The notes under the pieces were generated by a model, which saw only the letters and a program-made list of their open reading frames with translations, was not told the origin of the DNA and ran no database searches. Positions 39,351 through 50,680 of a stretch of DNA of 64,000 bases are shown in pieces. How positions within the stretch are numbered: the stretch's first letter is position 1; the number at the start of each line of letters is the position of its first letter. Source of the DNA: Fimbriosthenelais zetlandica (Eukaryota); NCBI GenBank assembly GCA_977030845.1, contig OZ365114.1, forward strand, positions 21,514,001 through 21,578,000. The letters are read 5' to 3'. A program made the position numbers and the translations under genes.

Positions 39351-40479
39351 ACAAAAGTTGTATCGATTTCAACCGATCAGGTATTGACAGGGATGCGAGG
39401 AGAGTGGGTTAGTCCAAACACGGAGTGAAAATTAAGGGCTGGGGGTAAGAAAACCCGACAGTGAAATCTTTAAACATTATATACCTTAACCCACAGACAT
39501 TTTTACAAAACTACAAGAGGAAAAATACTACTTTGACCCATACCCATGGGAGAATCTCATTTCATGCGCATGTCGTTTTTGAGGGTATGAAACATTCCTA
39601 TGGCTTAGGGCCTCACCAGACTCTGCTCCAGAGGTAAATATTCACTTCACACAGAAAGTAATTCAAAGTAAAGCCTGTGTTTATTTGTACTCAGGACCTA
39701 AGCAGAACGATCCTACCCCCACACTCATCTCCACAAAGCTAGCCGAGAGAGCTGGAAAATCTCAAGTTGCTATGGAAATAAAACAGATCAAGAAATCTGG
39801 GAATTATTCCCCATGTTATCTTTTATCTTGAGCAAATTCCCTACATTGGATTGCAAAGATAATAAAATCTGATTCGGAAGAAATATGACTTTGCATTGTC
39901 AAATGAGGGCTGGAGTACATTAATCAAATATCAATATACAACATGGATTATGCGAGCATTTCTAGGATCGCTGGGTATGCGGGGTGTAATATTTATGATA
40001 TTCGTGGAGGGTGGGACCAGTAATCTGTGAAGGCCATATTTCATGGTCAGCTCTCTTACAGCTAATCAATGATTCCAAACATTGAAGGGTAGGAGGGACT
40101 GCTGGAGGAGGAAGGAAGAGAAGCAGGAGGGAGGGGCATGACAAGTCTTGGGGAGAAATATTTAGTCCGCACGCCTGGTTTGTGGGACCTTTGGATCTGC
40201 ATTCGATCGGGCAAACGTTTTAATTATTCTCTTGTATTTGCGCCAACGATATGGGTCCGCGCGCCATTTACACGCCGAAAAGAGACGGAAAATGAGAAAG
40301 AAGCTGGTTGAAAGGGATTTCAGGATGCAATGTTTATGCACAATAGTGAGCTAAATGGGGCCTTTGTGGAAGGCGAATGAGAAAGCCAGTGACGGTAAAC
40401 ATGCCATAAATTGGCTTCCAAGATTTGGCGCTCCTGTTTTCTTTTCGCGCCGCGCCTCAACAAAGGGAGCCTCTGGGGC

Positions 40480-41050
40480 TGGCTGGTTGTTCGGCATTTG
40501 GGACTTTGTCGATAGGGGGATTTGAGTTACGTCCACCGGATTGACTTGGGTCGCTGTGTGGTTAGGATCCGGACCAGATTGGGGGAACAATATCCCTACC
40601 ATTCTGGTGGGAAAATGATACAGATTAGATTTCTTCATGGTCAACTGTATTCAAATTTGACCAGAACACCACAAAGCCAAATTTATCGATAAGTAATGGT
40701 TGGTTGAAGGTTTTGATTGTGGTGACATTAGGTTCCATGGATGAGCCAAACTGTGCACGCAGTGATTTTTGCTGAGCTATGGCATTATGGGATCTGCTAC
40801 CATAAATGTACACCAAAACTCAAAACTCAAGTCCAATTTACGATTTAGAAAAAGATCAAATGCATTATTCGCAACCCACAACTGTAAGAGAAATGAATTA
40901 AAGGAATCAAAAAACACAAAAGTTGCAAATGGTGAGCAAGCAATTCGCACTCCATGCACCCCACAATCATGATCCTGGTGTAGAGGCTTGATATGTTCTG
41001 AGGGATCGTATAGTACATAATTTAACAACAATGAGTTGATATATGTTATA
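40480..41050 (-). mobile_element. Decayed LINE endonuclease remnant
   Basis: ORF-track peptides in the correct order: YVLYDP..FFDSFNSFLLQL..TFMVADPIMP, then LLIDKFGF, then NLYHFPTRMVGIL (cf. VYRPP..F..LL..L..GDFNxP, LLDxFGL, QxVxxPTR...LD). Confidence 0.4.
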
Positions 41051-41769
41051 TCATACTTCAGTCATCGGTGCTCCCCTTACTGCAGATTGTGTATTAGGAT
41101 CATCTTCATAATACAAAGTAGTCTACAATATTATATAGGAATGAATATAATGAGTGAATCACCACTGTGGCTACACAATATGATATAATGTCTTCAGCAT
41201 TGGCAGTGAAAACACTAAGCATAACTGACCCCCTTGAATGCCATTCACGTAAGTCACTTATAACCCCAGTAAATGGAAGACACACTGAGGTGGAATGGAG
41301 GATGGAATTCTCTCCTCCAAACCGGCGGCCAGGCCCTCTAGCGCCCAGTGAAAGGCCTTCTTTCCGGCTGCCCCCACGAGGAGAGACGCCCTTCTAAGTA
41401 TAATGGATTAACGCCCAAGCCCTTCCGGCGACGACGCGATGCCAACCATATGGAGGCTCTCGTTGGTGACGTCACAAGGGGCACGCAGGCGCACTGGCAT
41501 CGCGGGTCGATGGAGGATCCAACCCAATAAAATCGCCGCAAATAACGGAGCAAATTTGATTATGTAAATCCGGCTCACACATATAATAGAATGAAGGTGG
41601 GGGAGGGGGTAGGGGAGGGGTGGGGTGGCTGCCTGGAGACTGGGATTGTGGGAGGGAAGGGGGGAAAGGAAGGACAGAAGTGAAGGAACATGTACTAACT
41701 TGTCAAGTGTCCAGCCCCGGGGAACAGGAGAAGGAAGAGCATGCAGAAGCAACAGGAACAGTGTGAGAG

Positions 41770-42330
41770 AGGATCAGGAAGAGGGAATAAGGATTCTAAA
41801 GTTCAAGTACGTGGACCAGAAGGAAGGAAGAGAAGTTTGGAGGTAGTGGCCAATGAAGAGAAGAGAGGGAAAAGTAGTAGGCCTAAGGTGGGGAGATGCA
41901 AGGAGTATGGGGAGGGGTTATATAGGTTCAAGTCGAGCAAGAGGAGCCTGATTGAGTTAAGATTAGGTGGAGAGCACTTGGTACTGCTCCATGAGTCGCT
42001 CACAGTAATGGAGACCAGTGATTTTTTCACCATCAACCTCGCAATAAAGGTATATTCATGTCGGCCGCCGTGGGTGGATCAGGGTCTGTAGAGAGGTCGT
42101 ACCAGGAGGGGGTGTTGGTGAGTAAAGGGGAGGGGGGATTGAGCGGAGTAAATCAGGAAAATCTGCTTCAAAAATCCATACACACATAGATTCATAGCAT
42201 CCTGGATGGGGACGTAGGCCTACTGGAGTGTCCAACTAGGCCTACCTCTCCTCTAGACCTGCATCTAGGCCAGTCTACTCCAGTACTTCCTCGCCAAATA
42301 GTCCTATCGCGAATTATTCAGGAGGTTTCA
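41770..42330 (-). mobile_element. Decayed CR1/L2-like endonuclease domain
   Basis: Across frameshifts: RGEVGLV, YESMCVWI, LYRP*, then RLLLLDLNLYN (cf. RGGGVxL, FExLxVxL, IYRPP, LLLGDFNI). Confidence 0.55.
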
Positions 42331-42469
42331 TTTCATCAGTTTGAACATTGACAAAGCATTCATTGAGTCTCATTCACTTGTATGGGCCTGGGTCCTTCTA
42401 TGACATTAGCCGGCTCTCAGGACCTCCGCCTTCCATTCCCCGCGCAACTCAAACCAGCTATTACATTAG

Positions 42470-42570
42470 CGCCAGCGCGCATGCGTCAGACAGCGCAGTC
42501 GCGACTTTGCCCTCTGTGACATCATGACTTCCGGTCGCTTGGGGGCGACATCGTTTCATGACGTAAGAAC
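42470..42570. promoter_or_regulatory. Promoter-like NRF1/ETS/ATF cluster
   Basis: GCGCATGCG at 42477-42485, ACTTCCGGT at 42527-42535, TGACATCA and TGACGTAA nearby; CpG-rich. Confidence 0.45.
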
Positions 42571-43199
42571 TTGAAATTTACTTCAAACTGATTATTTTCA
42601 CATTAAGTGCTAAGTCATAACTTCCATTTAAACCAACATACTAGTCCAAGTTGTGAGGCAGATATTTTTTTCACAATATCACGACAGTATCCTAATAATG
42701 CCATGCATATTTTTCTTCGTGATTCTGGCGCGTGAATTTGATAGTTTTCTGTCGGCTTTGGTGAAGAAAAGCGGGGCAAGCCTCTTGTTCTAGGCTGTTT
42801 TCCTATTTTCTTTTCATCGTCCATTGTTTGTTTTCGCCAGCTCTCGGCCATGTTTTGCCGCTGGTCGGTAGGGGGCGTCAATCCCTGCTCACCATCAAAC
42901 GCAGCCCGTCAATTCCACCCCTAACCACCAGGTAATACCTGGACGGCTTTCATCTCAGCCGACACACTCCACCACAGGTTTATTCTCCCCACCTCACTCT
43001 CCACCATTGACAGATCAAACGCAAGATGGGGGTAGGAGGAATGCGCAGCCGCAGAAGCGTCATCCCCACGTCGGTGCCCCTATAAACACACCACGGGTTT
43101 CGGGGGCTTGTTAAGCTTACGATTGTGGGATGAGGAGGGGCTGGGGTTCTAGGGGTAAGTTCCTCCAGATTTAGTTAGATGCCGTGATGGTAGGGGGGT

Positions 43200-43400
43200 C
43201 GGACGTGAGGAACCGCAGCGCCCGCATCTACTGCGCAAGCGACAGATGGACGTCAAACGTCGTGATCAAAAACGTTTGGTCGCGGTGCATTATGGGGGTC
43301 CGGTCTTCTGGTCTTCTGAGCACTAAGGTCTTCTGCAATCAGAACTTGTTCTTCGGGAATAAAAGAGGAACTGACCACCGATAGCACCCCGTGGTCTTCT
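43200..43400 (-). mobile_element. Decayed LINE endonuclease remnant
   Basis: Manual translation EEQVLIAEDLSAQ resembles VLIAGDLNA. Confidence 0.35.
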
Positions 43401-43819
43401 TCATATAGCCCCTAGTAGGGGTCATTTAGAAATATCAATTATTACATACTTTGCCACCCGCACTGTCAGTTTTCTAGGTACAATGTAATTTAATATAGTG
43501 AGCTTCATAGACTAGGATACCTGTATGCCTACTCCAGAAGCATAGACAAAGAAAGATAACAGTAGACTTCTATTATATACTAAAGAAAATAAAAATATAT
43601 TTATTTCTTGTATGGTAAGATCGAAACTGAAATAAACCTGAGGATCTGGGAATACTATTTCTTTGAGCATAAATTTACATTTTTATAGGCCTATGCACTG
43701 ATAAAATCACACTAGTGAGATGCAATAAGAAGAATACCAGTATGGGAGGGGATATGAAAAGACGTTAAAGCAGTGTGATGGATAGCATTTTTAAATCCAG
43801 TGTGCATGACCGCCTCCAT

Positions 43820-43990
43820 TATAACCTCCCAATGGGCACCTCGTCCCTGGACCTGACCCTTCAGTCTGGAGACTTGCTCCGAGTAACTCCAAGTTATGTT
43901 ACCATGCCAACAATAGGTCCTGGTAGAGCAGTGGCAATAATGCCTGCGCTCTACCACTCCCAACACTGTCTTTTACTAGCCCAATCACTC
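43820..43990 (+). mobile_element. Possible LINE endonuclease C-terminal remnant
   Basis: ORF-track PMGTSSLDLTLQS...YHSQHCLLL resembles PT....LDLxL...SDHxxL. Confidence 0.3.
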
Positions 43991-44712
43991 CCAGCACCGA
44001 CTTTAGCCGTTCCGGCAAGTCACATCACAAATCCGTGCTTTACATCTCCCCAGAGAGTGAAAACACTAACTCGATAGCCAGTAGCCATGCAATCGGACTA
44101 TTTAGCACAAAAGATCCCCTAAAGTGTTATTAATTTGTCAGCCATTTTCCTTGGGCTAGGGATATGCCAGGGCCATAATTTCAGAGCAGAGGCGGTCCTG
44201 TCCTAAAACCATCGGCAGTACGGTCGCGGATGGTTTATGTGAAATATGTTGTTCAAATAAGGCTGGGGTACTAACAAGTACACGTCATGACCAAGGACAC
44301 TAGTCATGAAGACCCTGGGCATCCTAATGGGACAAAATGCTATTGTAATCAGCACACCCACTCATCCGAACTACATAGCTATCTATCAAGAGAAATCATG
44401 TAACTACAATGTTCAGGGCATTAATCCTATCAGATATAATTTTATAAGCACTTTTGCTTCAAGTGAGATGTCAGTTATAGTACGTAGATACAAAGCTCTC
44501 ATGAAGGGACCAAAGCATCCTTTTTGAAATAGTAAACCGTTCATGTAATAAGAAGTGCCGGGTTTGACTATAGGATGTGGTAGAATGCAGGCATGTATTT
44601 TGGGGACCCTGAGGGCAGCAGGCGCCGACGACTGAGTGTAAAACTCCGGGCATGCGACCTGCAGACGTCGAAGGGCACGTGTGTCGGTATGACCTTCCTC
44701 TAGCTCAAGGAA

Positions 44713-44750
44713 TGGCCGCCAGGGGGCTCTCAGATACGCCACCTAGGGGG
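44713..44750. promoter_or_regulatory. CTCF motif pair
   Basis: TGGCCGCCAGGGGGCTCT (44713-44730, +) closely matches the CTCF core; CGCCACCTAGGGGG (44737-44750) matches it in reverse orientation. Confidence 0.55.
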
Positions 44751-45452
44751 AAGTTTCATACAACAATGCCCTCGTCGTATATATGTCATATCAAAGGGCA
44801 GCAAAGCACAGAGAAAGAATGTGCCACGGGTCCTAGCGAAAAGGCCACGCTCCGCTTTGTGGGATTGTTCCGGCAAAAATAACAATAATGCCCTTTGGGG
44901 ATCATGTATGTATGGGACATCCAGAGGACAAATCTGTCTTGAAGGCCATCTTCAACTTTCAAACGATGTGACCTTATTTTGCTATTAGTCTATGATTATC
45001 CGGGGCAACCGCTTATTCATTTTGGGCTTATATATGTCCCATTCTCCCCACTTATAAATGAAGTTTTATCATGCAGGCTCCTCTTTCAAAGAGTACATTT
45101 CATGCTTCCATTGGATCTCATACCACGTGCCATGTATGTATGCAGATGCATGGTATGTACCTTATATACATTCAATCCCGACATTTATTCCTCCAGTCCA
45201 AAGCCACTTTCCACTGACTATTCTAGCCTCCTATGCTTGCTCATCCATTCACTTTCTAACAGATTAGAGTCTTGCCATCCTGCCCGCTTTCCTCCTAATT
45301 CCCATCCCTGTCCTTCATCCCCATATCCTCCATCCATACCCCACAGACGAGAGTAGAAATGCCTTGACGCGCGCTGTCTTCCTCTGAGTATTTCTCACAC
45401 CTGAAAGCATCGCGCCCTTCGCTCCCTCACTGCCTTACCATCAGGAGCCAGA

Positions 45453-45574
45453 ACTTCCGCCCGGACGCTGACGTCATTTCCGCTCGCTGAGAGGAAGCGA
45501 GGGGCAAGCTGCTTCCGGAAATAACGTCCCCGGAAGTGGGTCAAACAGGACTTCCGCCGGGGGTGTTGGAAGTG
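45453..45574. promoter_or_regulatory. Dense ETS (GABP-like) plus CRE cluster, bidirectional-promoter-like
   Basis: ACTTCCGC at 45453 and 45550, TGACGTCA at 45469, ATTTCCG at 45476, CTTCCGGAA at 45512, CCGGAAGTG at 45530 and GGAAGTG at 45568. Confidence 0.55.
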
Positions 45575-48500
45575 CTGTCCCGTCCTCTGGAGGACTTGAG
45601 GAGGAGCATGATCAATTTGACACCTTTTTAATTAATGGAGTTTTAATCATTGATGACAAAAATTGAAGACTCAAAGGCTTTTGGAGGACATCATGATAAA
45701 ACAAGTTAACAATAAATGTTAACAAGCATGCAAATGATTTGCTATATAAGTCCAGGAATGCAATACTGGCTTGGCAGTAGTCGGAGGGCAACATGCAGTT
45801 TGCCTAATCTCAAAACGGACGCTTTAAGTGGGAAGAAACCAGCAGAAAATTCATCATTTTGATGCAGTTAACTACTTCACTTGTAGCACCATCGAATAAA
45901 ACGAAGAAATTTGTATAAAACCAGCCGTTTCCATTCACATCACAGGCCACAGCGCGATCTGCAGACAAACGCCTTGCTGCGCTGCTTACAGGCACAGTGC
46001 CAAACACTAGTGCCGCGGTGTGGAATTTTGCTGAACTAAAGTGGCCAACCAAAGTAAGCGACGCCAAGTATGGGGACTGAAAGGAGTAATACTTTGGATC
46101 AAGAGAAATAAGTTGGCCTCATAGGTTCCATTTCAAAAGCTTTATTAATGATAATGGCAAAATTCCATTTGTTTACCTGTTAATTAATCAAATAGCATGC
46201 ACAATGGCACTGGATGAGTAGCCTAGTATGCTTCATACAGTTCTGGAGGCTCCAATCAATGATCAAGACATTGAGATATTTGTACATTTTGTCACCGTTT
46301 TGGGAAATGATTTTCTGGTTCTATTTGGTCCAAAATACCAAGCGATCCTATAGTTTATTCTCATACTCTCCACCCAACCTTATCTCCATCTCTATCCCAC
46401 GCCATTGACGATTATGTGTATGTATCAGGTATGTATGAGAGATAAGCTATAAAGTAGAATGAAACCAAATCATGGACGGGAGCCAGAGATGGGAGGAAGA
46501 GCTGTCAGATAAGGGGGAGAGCGTGTGTGACAGAATCTTTTATCTCCTGACACCCAGCATCATTTGCATTGGAAATGAGTGTCATATCAGGAGGTAGAGG
46601 GAGGCAGACCAGGTGAAGGACAGGTAAGATGGATTGAGGGATCTCTGACGCCAGCCGTGTTAACCATTTATCCCACGTCCTGTGACGTAGACAGAGATAG
46701 GATGAGCCGGCGAGCTGATTGATAAATCCTCACTACAAGAAATATTCACAGACTCACTGAATAAATCATCGAGGTATCAATAGACTAATTGGTCTCTCAC
46801 CATGGGGTAAATTAATGCACAACAATTCAGAAGAAACTGCAACTCTACATAAAACTTTCAATTAGGAATACATAGAAGTCGCACTACTGATTCTAGACTT
46901 ACGCTAATGGCCTTATTAAAAGCTAAAAACACTTTAGCTTAACATAATTTGTCTTGATGGCCTGGAGCGTAGTGTAGCTGGAGGGGTGTCCTCCAGGGAG
47001 CAGGGGGAGCAGAGAGCGGTCATCACCAGGCGGGCCCGGCACGGCCAGCCCCCGGGCAGCAGGCGCCCTGGAGGCGGCCTCAAAGCCGCCGGTCAACCAG
47101 CACTTCCCTCTCTTCTCTCAATTCCTAAGGGACCGTCTAATACTTCATATGGCTACACCAGTCACCTGCATGGGTCATTGTTAAAAGCCTGAGCTGAGAG
47201 CTAGATTACTAATTCCTGTTGGATATAAATAATTCTTATGGGTATTAGAAATAATGCTGCAATGATGTAAGTTAGATGGTAGGCCCATTTCTTATAGGGT
47301 GAAAAGCATGCAGGCGAGCAAAAAGATAGCGCCTGATTTGATGTATATTTCATCTTTATTCCTATATATCTACCTTGTATATAAAATGTACATGAGCAAT
47401 GATTCATCGAATATATATGATCAAGAATAAAGACAAAATATACACTGAAAAAGACAAACGTCACCCTCGTATGTCCATATAAAAGGAGTCCTCAAAATAC
47501 CTATTAATAAATTTATATATTTTAGAGGGAAATATATATAAATTATATGTTTATGACACTAAATTCTCCAGAAGAATACACATCCGATCTTCTAACAACA
47601 CATAAATAAGAATGTTTTGAATAAAACGTTCAAACACCTGTGAATAGCTGGAACATTAAAGCTTAACATTTTCCTGACAGCTGTTCAAAATAGATTTATT
47701 AAAATTGAAGAAGAAACTCTTCTTCATTTTACCACATTTGTTATTTCAAGCTAAAAAGAAGTGCGGATCCACTCTCAATTTGAGAGAGGGGAAAAGGAGA
47801 TAGAGGGAGAGAGAGGGAGGGTCTCTGCTTTCCAACGAGAGGGTCGTCCCTCGCTGGAGCTAACCTGTTCATTTCCTATTAATTTGTGTAGATTTCCTCT
47901 GTGACTAATGTAATCAATTCCAGCACTGGAAGGACAGACGTCTCTCAACAGTAGCTCGGCCAGAATGGTGGAGGCAAGTTCTCACCCAGTTCACCAACCC
48001 ATTCTTGCTTTCATTTCTTTAAAAATTTCACTCGCTTATATAGGTCTACCACTATCAGGACACAACAGGACTTTATTTTCTCTCCTTACTTAAAACATAA
48101 TATAGAATTCTATTAAGTAGCATTGGTCGGGATTTATATGCAAAAAAAATTGAATTTAATACAAAATTTTAGTAATAAGAGCTTGAAGCTTGGATGGCTA
48201 TGGATGGGTTAGAGGACTAGGCCGACTAACTGCCGGGTTGGGGGATGGTGCACTCCCTGGTGCACATGCGGTGCATTCACTGCATTCATTCTCCTCCCGA
48301 TTGTCAGGCCTTCATAATAGGTCTTTTATAACACCCAGCCCGACTCCCTGATCGAGAGTCTGTCTCACTAAAACCACCTCACCTCCCACCCACACCGCGC
48401 ACCAACCAGTTCATCAATCCACGAACATTATACCACAGAATGGCCCGACAAAAGTCGCTTCAAAAACATTAAAATATTCACAAATCCTATATAAGATATA

Positions 48501-49739
48501 ATTCCATTAATATCTAACACACAAGGGAAAACTGTGAATAATTTGTGTAGGTCTACGGACATTTTGGAAACGGGAGGAATGGTGGAGGCCATTGCTGATA
48601 CATGCCATTAGTGCAATGGTCCGAGAGGAACAAAAGTCTTTCCTCACAATACTGTCTAGATAGGGGACACTGTGAAAGGTAGGGGAAACTGTGTCACCTA
48701 GACCAACTGACGACACAACATGGAACGAGAGAAAAATACACCACAAAATAAAATCCAATAAAAACCATGATAAAAGCCTGCAGTAAATCATAGCAGGAAT
48801 GAATGAAAGAACGAAAGTCGCCATAAACAATTTCTATATATTTCCACAGAATTTCTCTTCTCCGCTCATGCAATTCAAAGCCATGATTTATGCTGTGGGT
48901 AGATAGAAAATGATTTTATGATGGGAGATCTATGGGAATGATCATTGAGATGAATCATAAACGTCATCCCGCATGCATACTTAATAATCAAATGATGTTT
49001 TATCGGATTTACCGAGAAGTCTTTGTATTTCATTTTTGAATTATATTGCTCTATTCAACCGCGACCTCATACCTATACAAAAGCGTATCTATTTTATTTG
49101 ACATTTTGACTCCGGTACAAAATGGCCACCATCTCTATTTTGTTGGCATTCGGTCTCAATTTGTCCCGTGAATTAAAATAAAATATTTAAATAACTCACG
49201 TTATTCTAAAGCTCGGTGTATATAAAATTAATCCCACTGAATGGGAGAATATCTGAATGCAAACCAAACCGTGAGAAATACGGTCATATTCCGCTTTCCT
49301 AATACGATAAATCAGCAGTTCTGGTACCAGAAATAACCCTTTAATGTTCTCTGTCATAGCACCTGATAGCCCCGGGGATCTACCCCTCACCCCTTCCGGA
49401 TAAAGTCAGTACTGGTGTCTTTGATTTGTGATCTGGATCTTTGAAGTCAGGTGACCACTCCCAGGTGTGTCTCACGTCTCATTTACAGGCAGATAATCTG
49501 TCTGTGACACCTGATCTCCTGTCCATGGCCCTCTAGTAGCGGGTACATGTACTAACCCGTCACCCTGTGGCTCAAGGGGTCATGCAGGTCATAGTGATAG
49601 TCATTAATAGATCTAGCAAAACCCAGCTGACCAATGATTCCAGTGATAAAAAAAATAATACAACTAAAGCCTACTAAATTCATTACTATGGCTGAAATTT
49701 AAAATCCACAAAGCATATATACAATCATAACCAAATTCT

Positions 49740-50680
49740 AATTCATAATATAGGAAATTCGGATGCCATTCATGAGCATTGGGTTCGCCAAACACCAATC
49801 TTCAGTCATGGGTCTGATGGCTATGATTCCTGTATATTCCACTAGATGGCGTGGCAGGCGACCACCTCCTCCACAGTCATATCCTCCTGCAGGGCTATCC
49901 CCTGGAGGCAGGCAGGAGTACCTGACACACAATCTAAATGATTGCCTTCTAACCACATAGTATATCTGGAGGCTTTTATTGTTTCATCCAAAGAACAAAG
50001 AGAAAGTGAATTTTCGGCGGCCCCATAGGCCTACCGATCATATATGCCAGAACATTGCTAGAACGTAATGCATCACGGCAGACCTCCAATATTAAATCTG
50101 TGAGTAGTATAGTAAAATGGGACATTGCCATTGTATAACTATAGGTTAAAACATTGTGCAATTATTATAGATAAAAACTACATACAGTAGGATATATAAC
50201 ACATCGGGCCAAACCATGGATCATTTCGAATCACACTTTTTTCACAGTAGTGAACCCTTTTGGAGAGCCCATCTCCTGTCCCTTCTGTCCCAGCATCTGT
50301 CCCTTCCCCTTTGAGTTATCAATGATATACATACTTGTGCCTAGGAATAATTTATTTCTAAACTTGTTTCTAAAAGTCTTCTCTATTAAAAATGCCCGAT
50401 TCGACCATTAGCGATTAGTTCCTCAATGTGCCACTAGTGGCCTTCAGCACCCTGAGATTGGCCAGCCACAATGATGTCGCTATCTCTCACGCTCCAGCGA
50501 TCAGGGGATTGAAATAAACAAGCCCAGCTTCACGCCTGATTGCTTCTCCCCTGATCACCAGCAGTCCCCAGGAGGCAGGGATGAAAGAGTCTGTCACAGA
50601 CAGGGTGAGAAGGGTAAACACCCTGCATGTGTCATGCCGGGAGGGGGCTGCCTCCCTTCTCAACTCATCCCATGCCAACC
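49740..50680 (-). mobile_element. Fragmented CR1/L2-like RT remnants
   Basis: RVFTLLTLSVTDSFIPASWG (50490-50680; cf. LFNxSLxxGxxPxxWK) and MTEDWCLANPMLMN (49740-49830; cf. WCxxNxMxLN). Confidence 0.45.
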
